Below, one piece after another: positions 1 through 8,360 of a stretch of 40,516 nt of DNA. How positions within the stretch are numbered: the stretch's first letter is position 1; each line of letters starts with the position of its first letter. A program made the position numbers and the translations under genes. The notes under the pieces were generated by a model. It was given only the letters and a program-made list of their open reading frames with translations. It ran no database searches and was not told the DNA's origin. The stretch comes from an uncultured Candidatus Poseidoniales archaeon (GTDB lineage Archaea; Thermoplasmatota; Poseidoniia; Poseidoniales; Thalassarchaeaceae), in the NCBI GenBank assembly GCA_964342705.1, contig CAYFHB010000001.1, positions 1-40,516 of the forward strand. The letters run 5' to 3'.

Positions 1-8
1 CCTTACGA

Positions 9-13
9 GGAGG
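9..13 (+). promoter_or_regulatory. Shine-Dalgarno-like GGAGG upstream of ribE
   Basis: GGAGG at 9-13, 7 nt before the ATG at 21. Confidence 0.5.
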
Positions 14-20
14 ACTGAGG

Positions 21-620
21 ATGTTCACTGGAATTGTAGCTGGGACCGTCGAAGTGTCTGCCATCGAGGAGGCTGGCGAGATTCGCAGTTTTGTTGTCGA
101 CCTCGATGGATTCCATGAGGGGCTCGAGGTCGGAGCGAGTGTTGCTCTTGATGGAGTCTGCATGACGGTAGTCTCTGTGGATGGTTCCGAGGTCCGATTT
201 GATGCTATTCCCGAGACGCTAGAGCGCACGACGCTCGGGGCTGCACAGGCTGGCAGTCGGCTGAATGTCGAGCGCTCACTGCGCATGGGTGATGAGCTCG
301 GTGGACATATTCTATCGGGTCATGTGATGTTGACCGCGAGAGTACTAGAGAGAGTAATGCGCGGTCAAGGCATCGACCTCGTAATCGAAAATCCACCCGA
401 GGCGCGACCGTACCTTTTGGAGAAGGGATTCGTTGCGGTCGATGGCATGTCTCTGACTATCGGCGAGGTTGCTGAAGACTCATTCAATCTGCATATTATT
501 CCCGAAACACTCAGAGTCACCACCATCGGCCAGAAGGTTGTGGGCGACTTGGTTAACATCGAGATTGACTCACAGACTCAGGCCGTAGTCGATACTATTC
601 GACGCATGGAGGTGAACTGA
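21..620 (+). CDS. ribE: Riboflavin synthase (bacterial/eukaryotic-type alpha chain)
   Basis: The N-terminus is MFTGIV. The two lumazine-binding halves are internally duplicated (VALDGVCMTV / VAVDGMSLTI; ETLERTTL / ETLRVTTI). NVERSLRMGDELGGHILSGHV is present. Confidence 0.9.
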   Translation: MFTGIVAGTVEVSAIEEAGEIRSFVVDLDGFHEGLEVGASVALDGVCMTVVSVDGSEVRFDAIPETLERTTLGAAQAGSRLNVERSLRMGDELGGHILSGHVMLTARVLERVMRGQGIDLVIENPPEARPYLLEKGFVAVDGMSLTIGEVAEDSFNLHIIPETLRVTTIGQKVVGDLVNIEIDSQTQAVVDTIRRMEVN

Positions 621-1015
621 TGAGAATCGCTGCGGTTTGCGGTTCCTTCCACAAAGATGAGGTTGTGCGCATGCTCGACTGGGCACGCGACGAGGCCGCA
701 TCGAAGAATGCGGAAGTGACCGAAGTGGTCTGGGTTCCAGGTTCAATGGAGGCCCCTCTGGCACTCGAGCGGCTACTCGTCCGCGAAGATGTCGATGGAG
801 CGGTTGCGCTGGGAATAATCGAACGCGGACAGACTCAACATGGACTTGTTATGGGTCAATCGGTAACTCGCGCGATAATCGATTTACAAATCAAACACGA
901 CAAGCCAATCGGGCTCGGAATAATCGGACCAGGTGCCGAGCCCGAGCATATCGGACCGCGCCTTGAACCGCATGCCCGCGCCGCTATCGGCGCGGTCATC
1001 GCGATGCAAGAATGA
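620..1015 (+). CDS. ribH: 6,7-dimethyl-8-ribityllumazine synthase family protein (short form)
   Basis: The ATG overlaps the ribE stop (TGATG, 618-622). VVWVPGSMEAPLA and ALGIIERGQTQH resemble the lumazine synthase WVPGAFEIP and RGxTxH motifs. At 131 aa the N-terminus is short, so a same-fold paralogue cannot be excluded. Confidence 0.7.
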   Translation: MRIAAVCGSFHKDEVVRMLDWARDEAASKNAEVTEVVWVPGSMEAPLALERLLVREDVDGAVALGIIERGQTQHGLVMGQSVTRAIIDLQIKHDKPIGLGIIGPGAEPEHIGPRLEPHARAAIGAVIAMQE

Positions 1016-1031
1016 GCCGAAGTACGCTGAC

Positions 1032-1892
1032 TCAGTTGCGGCGCGCTTTCAGGGTGAATGAGAGTGGGAAGCGAACTTCGCCCTCCTTTAATCTCCAATA
1101 ATTCGGCCGCGACGGCTCAAATTTGTCCGACCACAGGTCGAAGAATAATTCGTCGCGTTCGACCATCGATTCAATCGTGAATCCATTTGAGACAAGCGCG
1201 TTGATTACTGTATCGTAACGATACTCCCAGCAATGGGTCACGCGCTCCCCTTTCCAATCGGGATCTGCATAACTTCCCTCACCAATCTCAGAGACTGGGC
1301 CCTCGTTGAACAAGTCATATTTCGGCACGAAAAGAGCACCCTGTGACGTCTCCTTTGTATCGAGTGTATTGACGAATGGAGTCGACTCCTCAAGGTAGAG
1401 GATGCCGCCGGTTTTGACTAACTCAGAACACACTCTAGCCCACTCATCCAAGTTCGGCAACCAACATAGAGCACCACGTCCCGTGTACAAAATATCGAAT
1501 TGCTCACCGGCCAAAGCTTCGGCAGCATTGGCAACCGTCGAATGAACGAATCGGGCATCTTCGATGCCTAAAATATCAGCGAAGCGTCGGGCCTCAGTAA
1601 GCGCATTTTGCGAAAAATCGAGGCCCGTCACGCGCGCCCCACGGCGCGCCCAAGAAAGTGTATCTGTGCCGATGTGGCACTGCATATGCAACAGAGATTT
1701 CCCAGCCACATCGCCAACCTCATCAATCTCCCAAGGGCCGAGTTTACACTCCCCAGTCAACCATTGTTCAATCCGATAAAACTCGGCCCCACCACCTTGC
1801 GCGTGAACAGGAGCAAGCTCATCCCAACTCGCATGATTCTCCGCAATCGCTACCTCGTCCGAGGCAGGAGGGGGGGCGGGGCGCCAAGTCAT
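1032..1892 (-). CDS. Class I SAM-dependent methyltransferase
   Basis: Motif I-like LLHMQCHIGTDTLSWARRGARVTGLDFS, then FDILYTGRGALCWLP and GGILYLEE. The start is placed at the internal ATG (MTWRPAPP) because the longer ORF to 2036 would overlap the divergent trxB start. Confidence 0.75.
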   Translation of the reverse strand: MTWRPAPPPASDEVAIAENHASWDELAPVHAQGGGAEFYRIEQWLTGECKLGPWEIDEVGDVAGKSLLHMQCHIGTDTLSWARRGARVTGLDFSQNALTEARRFADILGIEDARFVHSTVANAAEALAGEQFDILYTGRGALCWLPNLDEWARVCSELVKTGGILYLEESTPFVNTLDTKETSQGALFVPKYDLFNEGPVSEIGEGSYADPDWKGERVTHCWEYRYDTVINALVSNGFTIESMVERDELFFDLWSDKFEPSRPNYWRLKEGEVRFPLSFTLKARRN

Positions 1893-2004
1893 GAGCGCGG
1901 AGGTGAACTTTGGTTGAAATGCTGTCGCAAGGGTGAGGTTTCGTCGATTGAAGCATGATTTCTCGGAGTCAATGTTCAAAGAACGCCAATCGTTGGCAAG
2001 TCCC

Positions 2005-2934
2005 ATGTCGGGCGAAGTGCGCAATGCAATCATCATCGGTTCGGGTCCGGCGGGCTACACTGCGGGGCTGTATTCTGCGCGTGCGATGCTCGAGCCACTG
2101 ATGTTCGCCGGCTACATGTCGGGTGGGCAATTGATGCTCACCTCTGATGTTGAAAACTTCCCCGGCTACCCTCAGGGAATTGGGGGTCCAGAGATGATGA
2201 TGCATCTGCGCGAGCAGGCTGAGAGGTTCGGGCTTGAGGTTCAGGACAAGAATGTCGAGCGAGTCGATGTTAGCGAGCGCCCCTTCAAGGTCTGGGTCGA
2301 GGGTGAGGAATTCCGTGCTCAGACCTTGATTATCTGTACAGGTGCTGAGGCGATTTGGCTCGGGGCTGAGGGAGAGGATGCTCAGAAGGGGCGTGGGATT
2401 AGCACCTGTGCAACTTGTGATGGGGCATTTTTCCGCGATGAGGAGATTATTGTCGTTGGGGGTGGCGATTCAGCGATGGAGGAGGCCACATTTTTGACGC
2501 GGTTTGCGAGCAAGGTGACGATTATACATCGGCGTGATGTTTTCCGAGCCTCGAAGGTGATGTACGATAGGGCTGCGAACCACCCAAAGATAGAGATCAA
2601 GACATTCCGCTCAGTGAAAAAATGGTTGTCTGACGAGAAGGGTCTAAGCGGCGCACTGCTCGAAGATCCGCGCGATGGTTCCACCGAGGAAATCGCTTGC
2701 ACCGGCGCGTTCATCGCGATTGGGCACAAGCCGATTACTGGATTCTTGGAGGGCCAGCTTGAGACCGATGATTCGGGATATTTGCTTCACACCGAACACA
2801 CGATGACCAGTGTTCCCGGTGTATTCGCTGCCGGTGATGTTGTGGATACTCGCTACCGGCAGGCGATTACCGCCGCTGGGATGGGGTGTGAGGCCGCGAT
2901 CGATGCTGAGCGTTGGTTGGAAGACCAGCATTGA
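2005..2934 (+). CDS. trxB: Thioredoxin-disulfide reductase
   Basis: IIIGSGPAGYTAGLY (FAD binding), redox-active CATCDG, GGGDSAMEEATFLTRFASKVTIIHRRDVFRAS (NADPH binding) and GVFAAGDV. The start is placed at MSGEVRNAIIIGSG; the ORF is open from 1933. Confidence 0.9.
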   Translation: MSGEVRNAIIIGSGPAGYTAGLYSARAMLEPLMFAGYMSGGQLMLTSDVENFPGYPQGIGGPEMMMHLREQAERFGLEVQDKNVERVDVSERPFKVWVEGEEFRAQTLIICTGAEAIWLGAEGEDAQKGRGISTCATCDGAFFRDEEIIVVGGGDSAMEEATFLTRFASKVTIIHRRDVFRASKVMYDRAANHPKIEIKTFRSVKKWLSDEKGLSGALLEDPRDGSTEEIACTGAFIAIGHKPITGFLEGQLETDDSGYLLHTEHTMTSVPGVFAAGDVVDTRYRQAITAAGMGCEAAIDAERWLEDQH

Positions 2935-3015
2935 GCCCCCAATCGTCCCCAGACTCTGTCTGTGTTGTGATTATTGAGCCGAAGCCACCATGAGGGATAC
3001 GCCTTTCGTGGGCTC

Positions 3016-4164
3016 ATGGGCGAAGATTTGAGCGCCGAGGAGAGCGCGCGTTACGCGCGGCACCTGATTCTTCCAGAGATGGGGGTAGAGGGTCAGAAGC
3101 GCTTGCGAGATTCGGCGGTGATGGTAATCGGTGCTGGCGGGTTAGGCTCGCCTGCGCTTCTGTACTTGGCCGCTGCTGGCGTTGGGCGGATCGGCATCAT
3201 CGATGATGACCGAGTGGACATAACCAATCTGCAGCGGCAGGTGATTCACTCAAATGCCGCCGTAGGATCTCTCAAGGTCGAGTCGGCGGCTTCTAGAATT
3301 CGAGAGTTGAACCCGGAGGTCGAAGTCATAGAGCACAATCTAAGGCTCAGTGTAGCGAATGCATTGGATTTGCTCAGTGGCTATGATGTCGTGCTAGATG
3401 GAACCGACAACTTCCCTACACGCTACACGATAGGCGATGCTTGCGAGATTCTTGGAATCCCGTGGGTGTTTGGGAGCATTCATCGATTTGAGGGGCAGGT
3501 CAGCGTGTTCAATCTGGATGGTGGGCCAAATTATCGCGATTTATTCCCGGCCGCACCGCCACCGGAATTGGCTCCGAATTGTGCTGAGGCTGGAGTTTTG
3601 GGAGTTCTTCCTGGAATTGTCGGGAGCATCCAGGCGGCTGAGGCATTGAAACTGATTCTAGGAGTTGGAGAGCCGCTCACAGGACAATTACTCACGATTG
3701 ACGCTAAGACGATGCGAATGCGCCCTCTGAGTTTCGAGCGGGATGCGAGCCGAGAAGCTGTCACCGAGATGTCGGAGGAATTGGTGATGGCCGCTTGTGC
3801 CAGCGTGACCCAACGCGAGGAACCCGCTCTCGGAGAAGTGCTCGAGATTACTCCCGCTGAATTCGTCAGTCGGAGAGAATCAGGCTGGAATCCATTCCTC
3901 CTCGATGTTCGACGAGCTGTTGAGGAAGCAATAGTCTCGCTTCCTCACACAGATCTGAGGATTACTCACATCGCTGTGCCTTCCCGCTCAGAAGAGATTC
4001 CTCAGGATCGCGATGTGGTGGTCTACTGCAGAAGTGGTGGTCGGTCTGATGCGGTCGCGCGCTGGATGGGGCATTCTGGATGGGACCGCGCACGAGTCTG
4101 GAATATGGTCGGCGGCATCCATTTGTGGGCAGATCAGGTGGATTCCGCCGTTCCGAAATATTGA
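3016..4164 (+). CDS. ThiF/MoeB/UbaA-family E1-like adenylyltransferase fused to a C-terminal rhodanese domain (MoeZ-like)
   Basis: RYARHLILPEMGVEGQKRL, VIGAGGLGSPALLYLAAAGVGRIGIIDDDRVDITNLQRQ and NCAEAGVLGVLPG form the E1-like part. The C-terminal rhodanese active-site loop is VVVYCRSGGRS. No CxxC pairs are present. The first in-frame ATG is at 3016; the ORF track starts at a TTG at 2974. Confidence 0.85.
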   Translation: MGEDLSAEESARYARHLILPEMGVEGQKRLRDSAVMVIGAGGLGSPALLYLAAAGVGRIGIIDDDRVDITNLQRQVIHSNAAVGSLKVESAASRIRELNPEVEVIEHNLRLSVANALDLLSGYDVVLDGTDNFPTRYTIGDACEILGIPWVFGSIHRFEGQVSVFNLDGGPNYRDLFPAAPPPELAPNCAEAGVLGVLPGIVGSIQAAEALKLILGVGEPLTGQLLTIDAKTMRMRPLSFERDASREAVTEMSEELVMAACASVTQREEPALGEVLEITPAEFVSRRESGWNPFLLDVRRAVEEAIVSLPHTDLRITHIAVPSRSEEIPQDRDVVVYCRSGGRSDAVARWMGHSGWDRARVWNMVGGIHLWADQVDSAVPKY

Positions 4165-4167
4165 TGG

Positions 4168-4179
4168 TTTGTTTTATTT
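4168..4179 (+). terminator. Oligo-T tract (archaeal-type termination signal) after the E1-like/rhodanese gene
   Basis: TTTGTTTTATTT begins 4 nt after the TGA at 4162-4164. Archaeal RNA polymerase terminates at oligo-T runs. Confidence 0.4.
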
Positions 4180-4379
4180 GTGGTGAATGGTGGCACAGTG
4201 GTGTGTTTAATAGTGGTAAATATGCGAATAATTGGCACCCCATCCATTTTCTAACCTATTTTTCACTCAATAGTGGTGAAATAGGATTAAAACCACCATT
4301 TAATAGTGGTGAAATATGTCAATTTATGTCCATAATAGTAATGTGGAAATAGACTTCCATCCCCGATAGTGGTGCAAAT
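4180..4379 (+). repeat. AT-rich array of same-strand 15-20 nt repeats (consensus TTTAATAGTGGTGAAATATG)
   Basis: Copies lie at 4209-4222, 4269-4283, 4302-4316, 4334-4351 (degenerate) and 4365-4379 (degenerate). Core-only GTGGTG hits are at 4180-4188 and 4197-4203, and an inverted core ACCACCA at 4292-4298. I count 62 G/C in the 180 nt of 4201-4380, about 34% G+C. Confidence 0.85.
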
Positions 4380-4429
4380 CGGAGACGTACAGCGATTCTT
4401 TGTTGTACTAGAGGGCGCTGGCCGCACTC

Positions 4430-7291
4430 ATGGTTGGTCGGCGCGGCATCTGGCGGTGCCCGTCTTGCAGTAAGCATCAGACATGGAAATCGCGTGACCA
4501 GACCACCACTCGGCTAGATCGTAAGTGCATATCGTGCGACCAACGAATCAGAGTTACTCTCGACCGCTCGACGAGCGGTCGCGGGCGCAAGCAGCAAGCC
4601 TTGGTCTGGGAGCGCTCGGTGGAGACTTCCTTGGAAGAATTGCAGCAAGAGGTAGAGCTCCGCGATGCGGGTGAATCCAGCCCATCCGAACGCAGAGTAG
4701 GTGATGGGGCAACTAGTCAGCAGGACCTACCGCCACTTTGGGGAGCCGGGTGGAGACCTTCTGAGGCATTGAAATTCGCCGCGCCATTACCCGGCGAGAC
4801 AGCGCGGTCTGAATTAATGCGCTTCCTCATCGAGCGATACGATGGACATGTGGAAATCGCATTCGAGTGCTGGAACGACCTCAACCCTCCAGAACGCTTC
4901 AGCGGACTATCCTTTCACGATTTTTCAGATTCATTTTGCGACGCGTTCGGGCAAGTATTGAGCGAACGCGTCTACGAGCCCGGCTTGGCAGGGCTCGCTC
5001 AAGAGGAAATTATTCCTCGACGAAGCGGTGCATTCTATCTAGATAGGCGTGCAGTGCGCATGTTACGCGACGTTGCACTGTGCTTGCGCCGGATCGCCCA
5101 TATGGCTGCAATCACCGTCGAGGACCGCTTCGATTGGCAACGCTGGATGCACCGAACCCGTTCCCTCGACGAGCACCTCAAGGACCTCTTCATGAATGGA
5201 ATCCCGACTCCTGACGGAGGGCATTTCGGGGGCAAGGGGTTCCGCTCAACTTGGCAAGAAGGTGTTGTCGCCTGCGCCACCTCGATGACTCGGGCAATCG
5301 ATATTCCACCTGAGTCGATCGATGAGGCAGATGTCATCGCCCCGATGATTCGCGATGTCGGACTTGCCCTCTCGATGGGCCAAACCCCGCTTGAGATCTT
5401 CAATGCACAGATGGGGAAGTCCACCTCCTACATGGATGGAGGCATCGCAGGAGCGGGTGGGCGCGATCTTCACGTGGGCAATTGGGACAAGCGCGTTCTA
5501 CCACCAACCGCTCCTCTACCAATCGCCAGCGCTACCGCAACAGGCGTCGCGCTGGCTGCCAATCGGCTCGAAGCGCCTCGATTCCACCTCGCGCCCGTTG
5601 GCGAGGGGTGCAGCAGCAGCGGAGAGTTCTGGGAGGCGATGAACCTCGCGGGAGCGCGAGGGCTCCCAATTGCCTACATGATTCAGAATAACCAGATCGC
5701 CCTCGACACATTCACAGTAGGACAATCCGGAGCCGAAACCTTCGGCGACAAGGGGCATTCGATGGGTGTCCCGTCTTGGAGTATCGACGGCGCCGACCCG
5801 GCCCAATTCCACGCATCGACAGCAGCCGCGCGAGAATACGCCCTCGACGGCGGTGGAGCCACACTAATCCACGTCGAAACCATGCGCGGCTGTGGCCACG
5901 CCCACCATCACGACGACCTATATCTCGGTGCAGCGAGCGGGAATCCACCAGGATATGTCGACCGCGAGCTGCTGACCTACTGGGCGGAAAAAGACCCCTT
6001 ACCCAACCACCGCGAGCTACTCATCCGCCTAGGAATCAGCGAGCGACGCCTTGCGCGCATGGAAGAAGAAGAGCAAGCAGCCGTCGACCAAGCGCGCGAA
6101 CAAATGGAAGCAGCAGCATGGCCGGAAGGCAATTCCGTCACCGAGGGAATCACCTCAATCCACAGCGCACCGACCCACACCGAGCAGTACGACCGCTTCG
6201 GAGTCAGTTTGCCCGGACCAGATTCACCCCTCCAACCCGGCGAGTGCGCAATCGAATTCTCCGACGCCCCAAATTCCTGGACCTACTCCAAAGCAATCCA
6301 GAACGGAATGGTCGCTCTTGCCGACAAGTACAGCGATTCTATCGTCTTCATGGGAGAGGACATGGAAATCGCCGGAGCCTTCGGAATGAATCTCCCCCTC
6401 AAAGCCCGAGGCCATTCGGACAAACTCCTAGACATGCCCTTGGCCGAGGCCATAATCATCCATTCAGCGACCGGAGCAGCCCTCGGAGGGATGCGGCCGG
6501 TCGCAGAAATCCAATTCGGCGGATTCGCCGCCCTAGCGATGAATCCCCTCATCAATAATGCAGCCCAGCTCCGCTGGCGCTGGGGCGCGAATGTGCCACT
6601 AACCGTTAGAATCCCACTCGGAGCAAAGACCCGCAGCGGCCCATTCCACGCCAATATGATCGAGTCATGGTTCGCCAACGATCCCGGTCTCGTTCTCCTC
6701 TTCCCATCCACGCCCCAAGACGCCTACGACCTCCTCGTCGAAGCCCACGCACTCGATGACCCGGTAGTATTCCTCGAACACATCGGCCTCTACGGACTGC
6801 GAGGAGGCAAAACCGGCTGGGGCGACTCGATCAACCAGATAGTAGACACAGAATCAGTGCACGAACGCCTCGCACGTAACGAAACAAGCATCGGCAAAGC
6901 CCGATTAATCCGAGGCGGAAAAGACCTCACAATCGTCACTTGGGGAGCGATGGTACATGTTGCCCTCGATGCAGCCGAAGCAGCGGCTAGGCGCGGCATC
7001 GAGGCAGAAATCGTCGACCTCAGAACACTGCAACCATTCGACGCGCAGACCTGCATCGATTCCGTGCGAAGAACAGGCCGCCTAATCGTCCTGCAGGAAG
7101 CGCAGTACACCGGAGGTTTGGGGCACACGGTTAGCAGTCGTATCCTCGAAGAGACGTTTTGGAACCTCGAAAATGCACCGGTCGTCATCGGCGCTCTTGA
7201 CACACCAGTCCCGTTCTCACCCCCTCTCGAAGACCACTCGATACCGACCTCAGACCTCGTTCTGCGCCATATCAGGCGTATGTGTGAATGA
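4430..7291 (+). CDS. TPP-dependent 2-oxoacid dehydrogenase E1 component, fused alpha+beta chains, with an N-terminal zinc-ribbon-like extension
   Basis: The alpha-like part has GEG-X26-NN (GEGCSSSGEF...YMIQNN) and HVETMRGCGH. The beta-like part has MGEDMEIAGAFG, DMPLAEAIIIHSATGAALGGMRPVAEIQFGGF, NAAQLRWRWG and a C-terminal transketolase-like domain (DLTIVTWGAMV, VDLRTLQPFD). CPSC-X19-CISC lies at the N-terminus. Confidence 0.8.
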   Translation: MVGRRGIWRCPSCSKHQTWKSRDQTTTRLDRKCISCDQRIRVTLDRSTSGRGRKQQALVWERSVETSLEELQQEVELRDAGESSPSERRVGDGATSQQDLPPLWGAGWRPSEALKFAAPLPGETARSELMRFLIERYDGHVEIAFECWNDLNPPERFSGLSFHDFSDSFCDAFGQVLSERVYEPGLAGLAQEEIIPRRSGAFYLDRRAVRMLRDVALCLRRIAHMAAITVEDRFDWQRWMHRTRSLDEHLKDLFMNGIPTPDGGHFGGKGFRSTWQEGVVACATSMTRAIDIPPESIDEADVIAPMIRDVGLALSMGQTPLEIFNAQMGKSTSYMDGGIAGAGGRDLHVGNWDKRVLPPTAPLPIASATATGVALAANRLEAPRFHLAPVGEGCSSSGEFWEAMNLAGARGLPIAYMIQNNQIALDTFTVGQSGAETFGDKGHSMGVPSWSIDGADPAQFHASTAAAREYALDGGGATLIHVETMRGCGHAHHHDDLYLGAASGNPPGYVDRELLTYWAEKDPLPNHRELLIRLGISERRLARMEEEEQAAVDQAREQMEAAAWPEGNSVTEGITSIHSAPTHTEQYDRFGVSLPGPDSPLQPGECAIEFSDAPNSWTYSKAIQNGMVALADKYSDSIVFMGEDMEIAGAFGMNLPLKARGHSDKLLDMPLAEAIIIHSATGAALGGMRPVAEIQFGGFAALAMNPLINNAAQLRWRWGANVPLTVRIPLGAKTRSGPFHANMIESWFANDPGLVLLFPSTPQDAYDLLVEAHALDDPVVFLEHIGLYGLRGGKTGWGDSINQIVDTESVHERLARNETSIGKARLIRGGKDLTIVTWGAMVHVALDAAEAAARRGIEAEIVDLRTLQPFDAQTCIDSVRRTGRLIVLQEAQYTGGLGHTVSSRILEETFWNLENAPVVIGALDTPVPFSPPLEDHSIPTSDLVLRHIRRMCE

Positions 7292-8295
7292 GGGACTTGG
7301 TCTCGCCAGCGGCGGCAATGAACTCAAACATCATGAGCGAGGCGGGAGGGCGAGATACAATGCTGAACTCCGACCCCGTGCTGGTCCTCATCGGATTCGC
7401 CCTGCTAATGGCTGGCGGCGAAGGGGTTGTGCAGGGCGCGATAAAAATCGCTTACAGACTGCGTGTTCCACCGCTTCTAGTCGGATTCACCATCGTTGCG
7501 ATCGGCACCTCTCTTCCCGAACTTGCCGTGGCCCTCGAAGCGGTCGGGCAAGGCGACCCCGACATCGCCGTAGGCGGTGTTCTCGGGTCGAATGTTGCGA
7601 ATGTTATGCTGGTTCTTGGAACCGCCTGCATGCTGGGCTCCGGTAGCGATGCAGGCGCTGGACTGCGTCGCGATGCAATTGCGGTCATCGTCGCGACGGT
7701 TCTGCTCACCGCCTTCGTCTACATGGGACAAATCCCAGCCGAAGGCGGTGTTCTGATGCTGATTCTTCTAGTGGCATACTACACCTACTCCTATCTCTAT
7801 TCGAAAGGGAAAGGCGAGGAGACTGAAGCAGAGGATACCTGGCTCCCTGACAATTTCGCACTCGCCATCGCAGCGACGGTGATAGGCGGAGTGATGATCT
7901 GGCAGGGAGCGGTGATGCTATTGGAAGGTGCCACTGGATTGGCGGAAGACTATGGCATCCCCGACTCCGTCATTGGTCTATCTATGGTGGCTCTTGGTAC
8001 ATCCCTCCCTGAATTGGCCGTCACTCTAATCGCTGCTCTTCGGAAGCAAGGCGGAGTCGCTGTTGGAAACGTCCTCGGATCGAATGTCATGAACATTCTA
8101 GGAATCCTCGGGACCGCTTCTATCGTCGGTGGAGGCATCGAGGTCGCTGCTGAATTCAAGACCGACATTTGGGTCGTCGTCCTAACCTCGGGTCTCGTCG
8201 TGGCTATGTTGCTCGACGACCGTGAAATCGGCCGTCGCGTCGGCGCCACTATGGTTGTTGGATATCTGGCCTACATGACCTCCCTCTACCTTTGA
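7288..8295 (+). CDS. Ca2+/Na+ antiporter (CaCA family, YrbG-like)
   Basis: Two alpha-repeat motifs, GTSLPELAVALEAV and GTSLPELAVTLIAA, each followed by GNVLGSNV/GGVLGSNV; the protein is polytopic and hydrophobic. The ATG at 7288 overlaps the E1 stop (ATGA). An alternative ATG at 7360 starts directly at TM1. Confidence 0.85.
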   Translation: MRDLVSPAAAMNSNIMSEAGGRDTMLNSDPVLVLIGFALLMAGGEGVVQGAIKIAYRLRVPPLLVGFTIVAIGTSLPELAVALEAVGQGDPDIAVGGVLGSNVANVMLVLGTACMLGSGSDAGAGLRRDAIAVIVATVLLTAFVYMGQIPAEGGVLMLILLVAYYTYSYLYSKGKGEETEAEDTWLPDNFALAIAATVIGGVMIWQGAVMLLEGATGLAEDYGIPDSVIGLSMVALGTSLPELAVTLIAALRKQGGVAVGNVLGSNVMNILGILGTASIVGGGIEVAAEFKTDIWVVVLTSGLVVAMLLDDREIGRRVGATMVVGYLAYMTSLYL

Positions 8296-8360
8296 TGAGC
8301 GATTCCATTCGACCGAATCAAGGGGCGAATGGCTAAGGCGGGAGCGCTTGTGGCGATACC

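Noticed and set aside
4080-4352. A 90-aa + strand ORF spanning the repeat array, with a recurring NSGK/NSGEI peptide
   Set aside because: The peptide repeat simply mirrors the DNA repeats. The ORF starts inside the upstream gene in another frame and runs through 34% G+C sequence with no ribosome binding site. It is most likely non-coding.
4180-4379. Possible CRISPR array
   Set aside because: The repeats are only 15-20 nt and imperfect, with irregular 12-45 nt intervals. There is no leader/cas context, and no cas genes are in the window.
4165-4429. A confident call of a chromosomal replication origin (ORB elements)
   Set aside because: The core AGTGGTGAAAT only loosely resembles ORB cores (CCAGTGGAAA-like). 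All copies are in direct orientation rather than inverted around a DUE. No orc1/cdc6 is adjacent, and the flanking genes are co-directional rather than divergent. It is kept only as a low-probability alternative in the finding.
5776-6558. A 260-aa Arg/Pro-rich ORF in an alternative frame of the E1 gene; similar ORFs lie at 17886-18395, 18579-19019, 27474-27929 and 29327-29790
   Set aside because: These are typical off-frame open stretches of G+C-rich coding DNA, with extreme R/P/S composition and no motifs. They are fully embedded in genes that have strong family signatures.
8305-8332. An inverted repeat CCATTCG-N14-CGAATGG between the antiporter and acyl-CoA dehydrogenase genes
   Set aside because: It is a moderate 7-bp stem with a 14-nt loop and no T-tract. 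It could be a weak terminator or chance, and the evidence is insufficient to list it as a feature.
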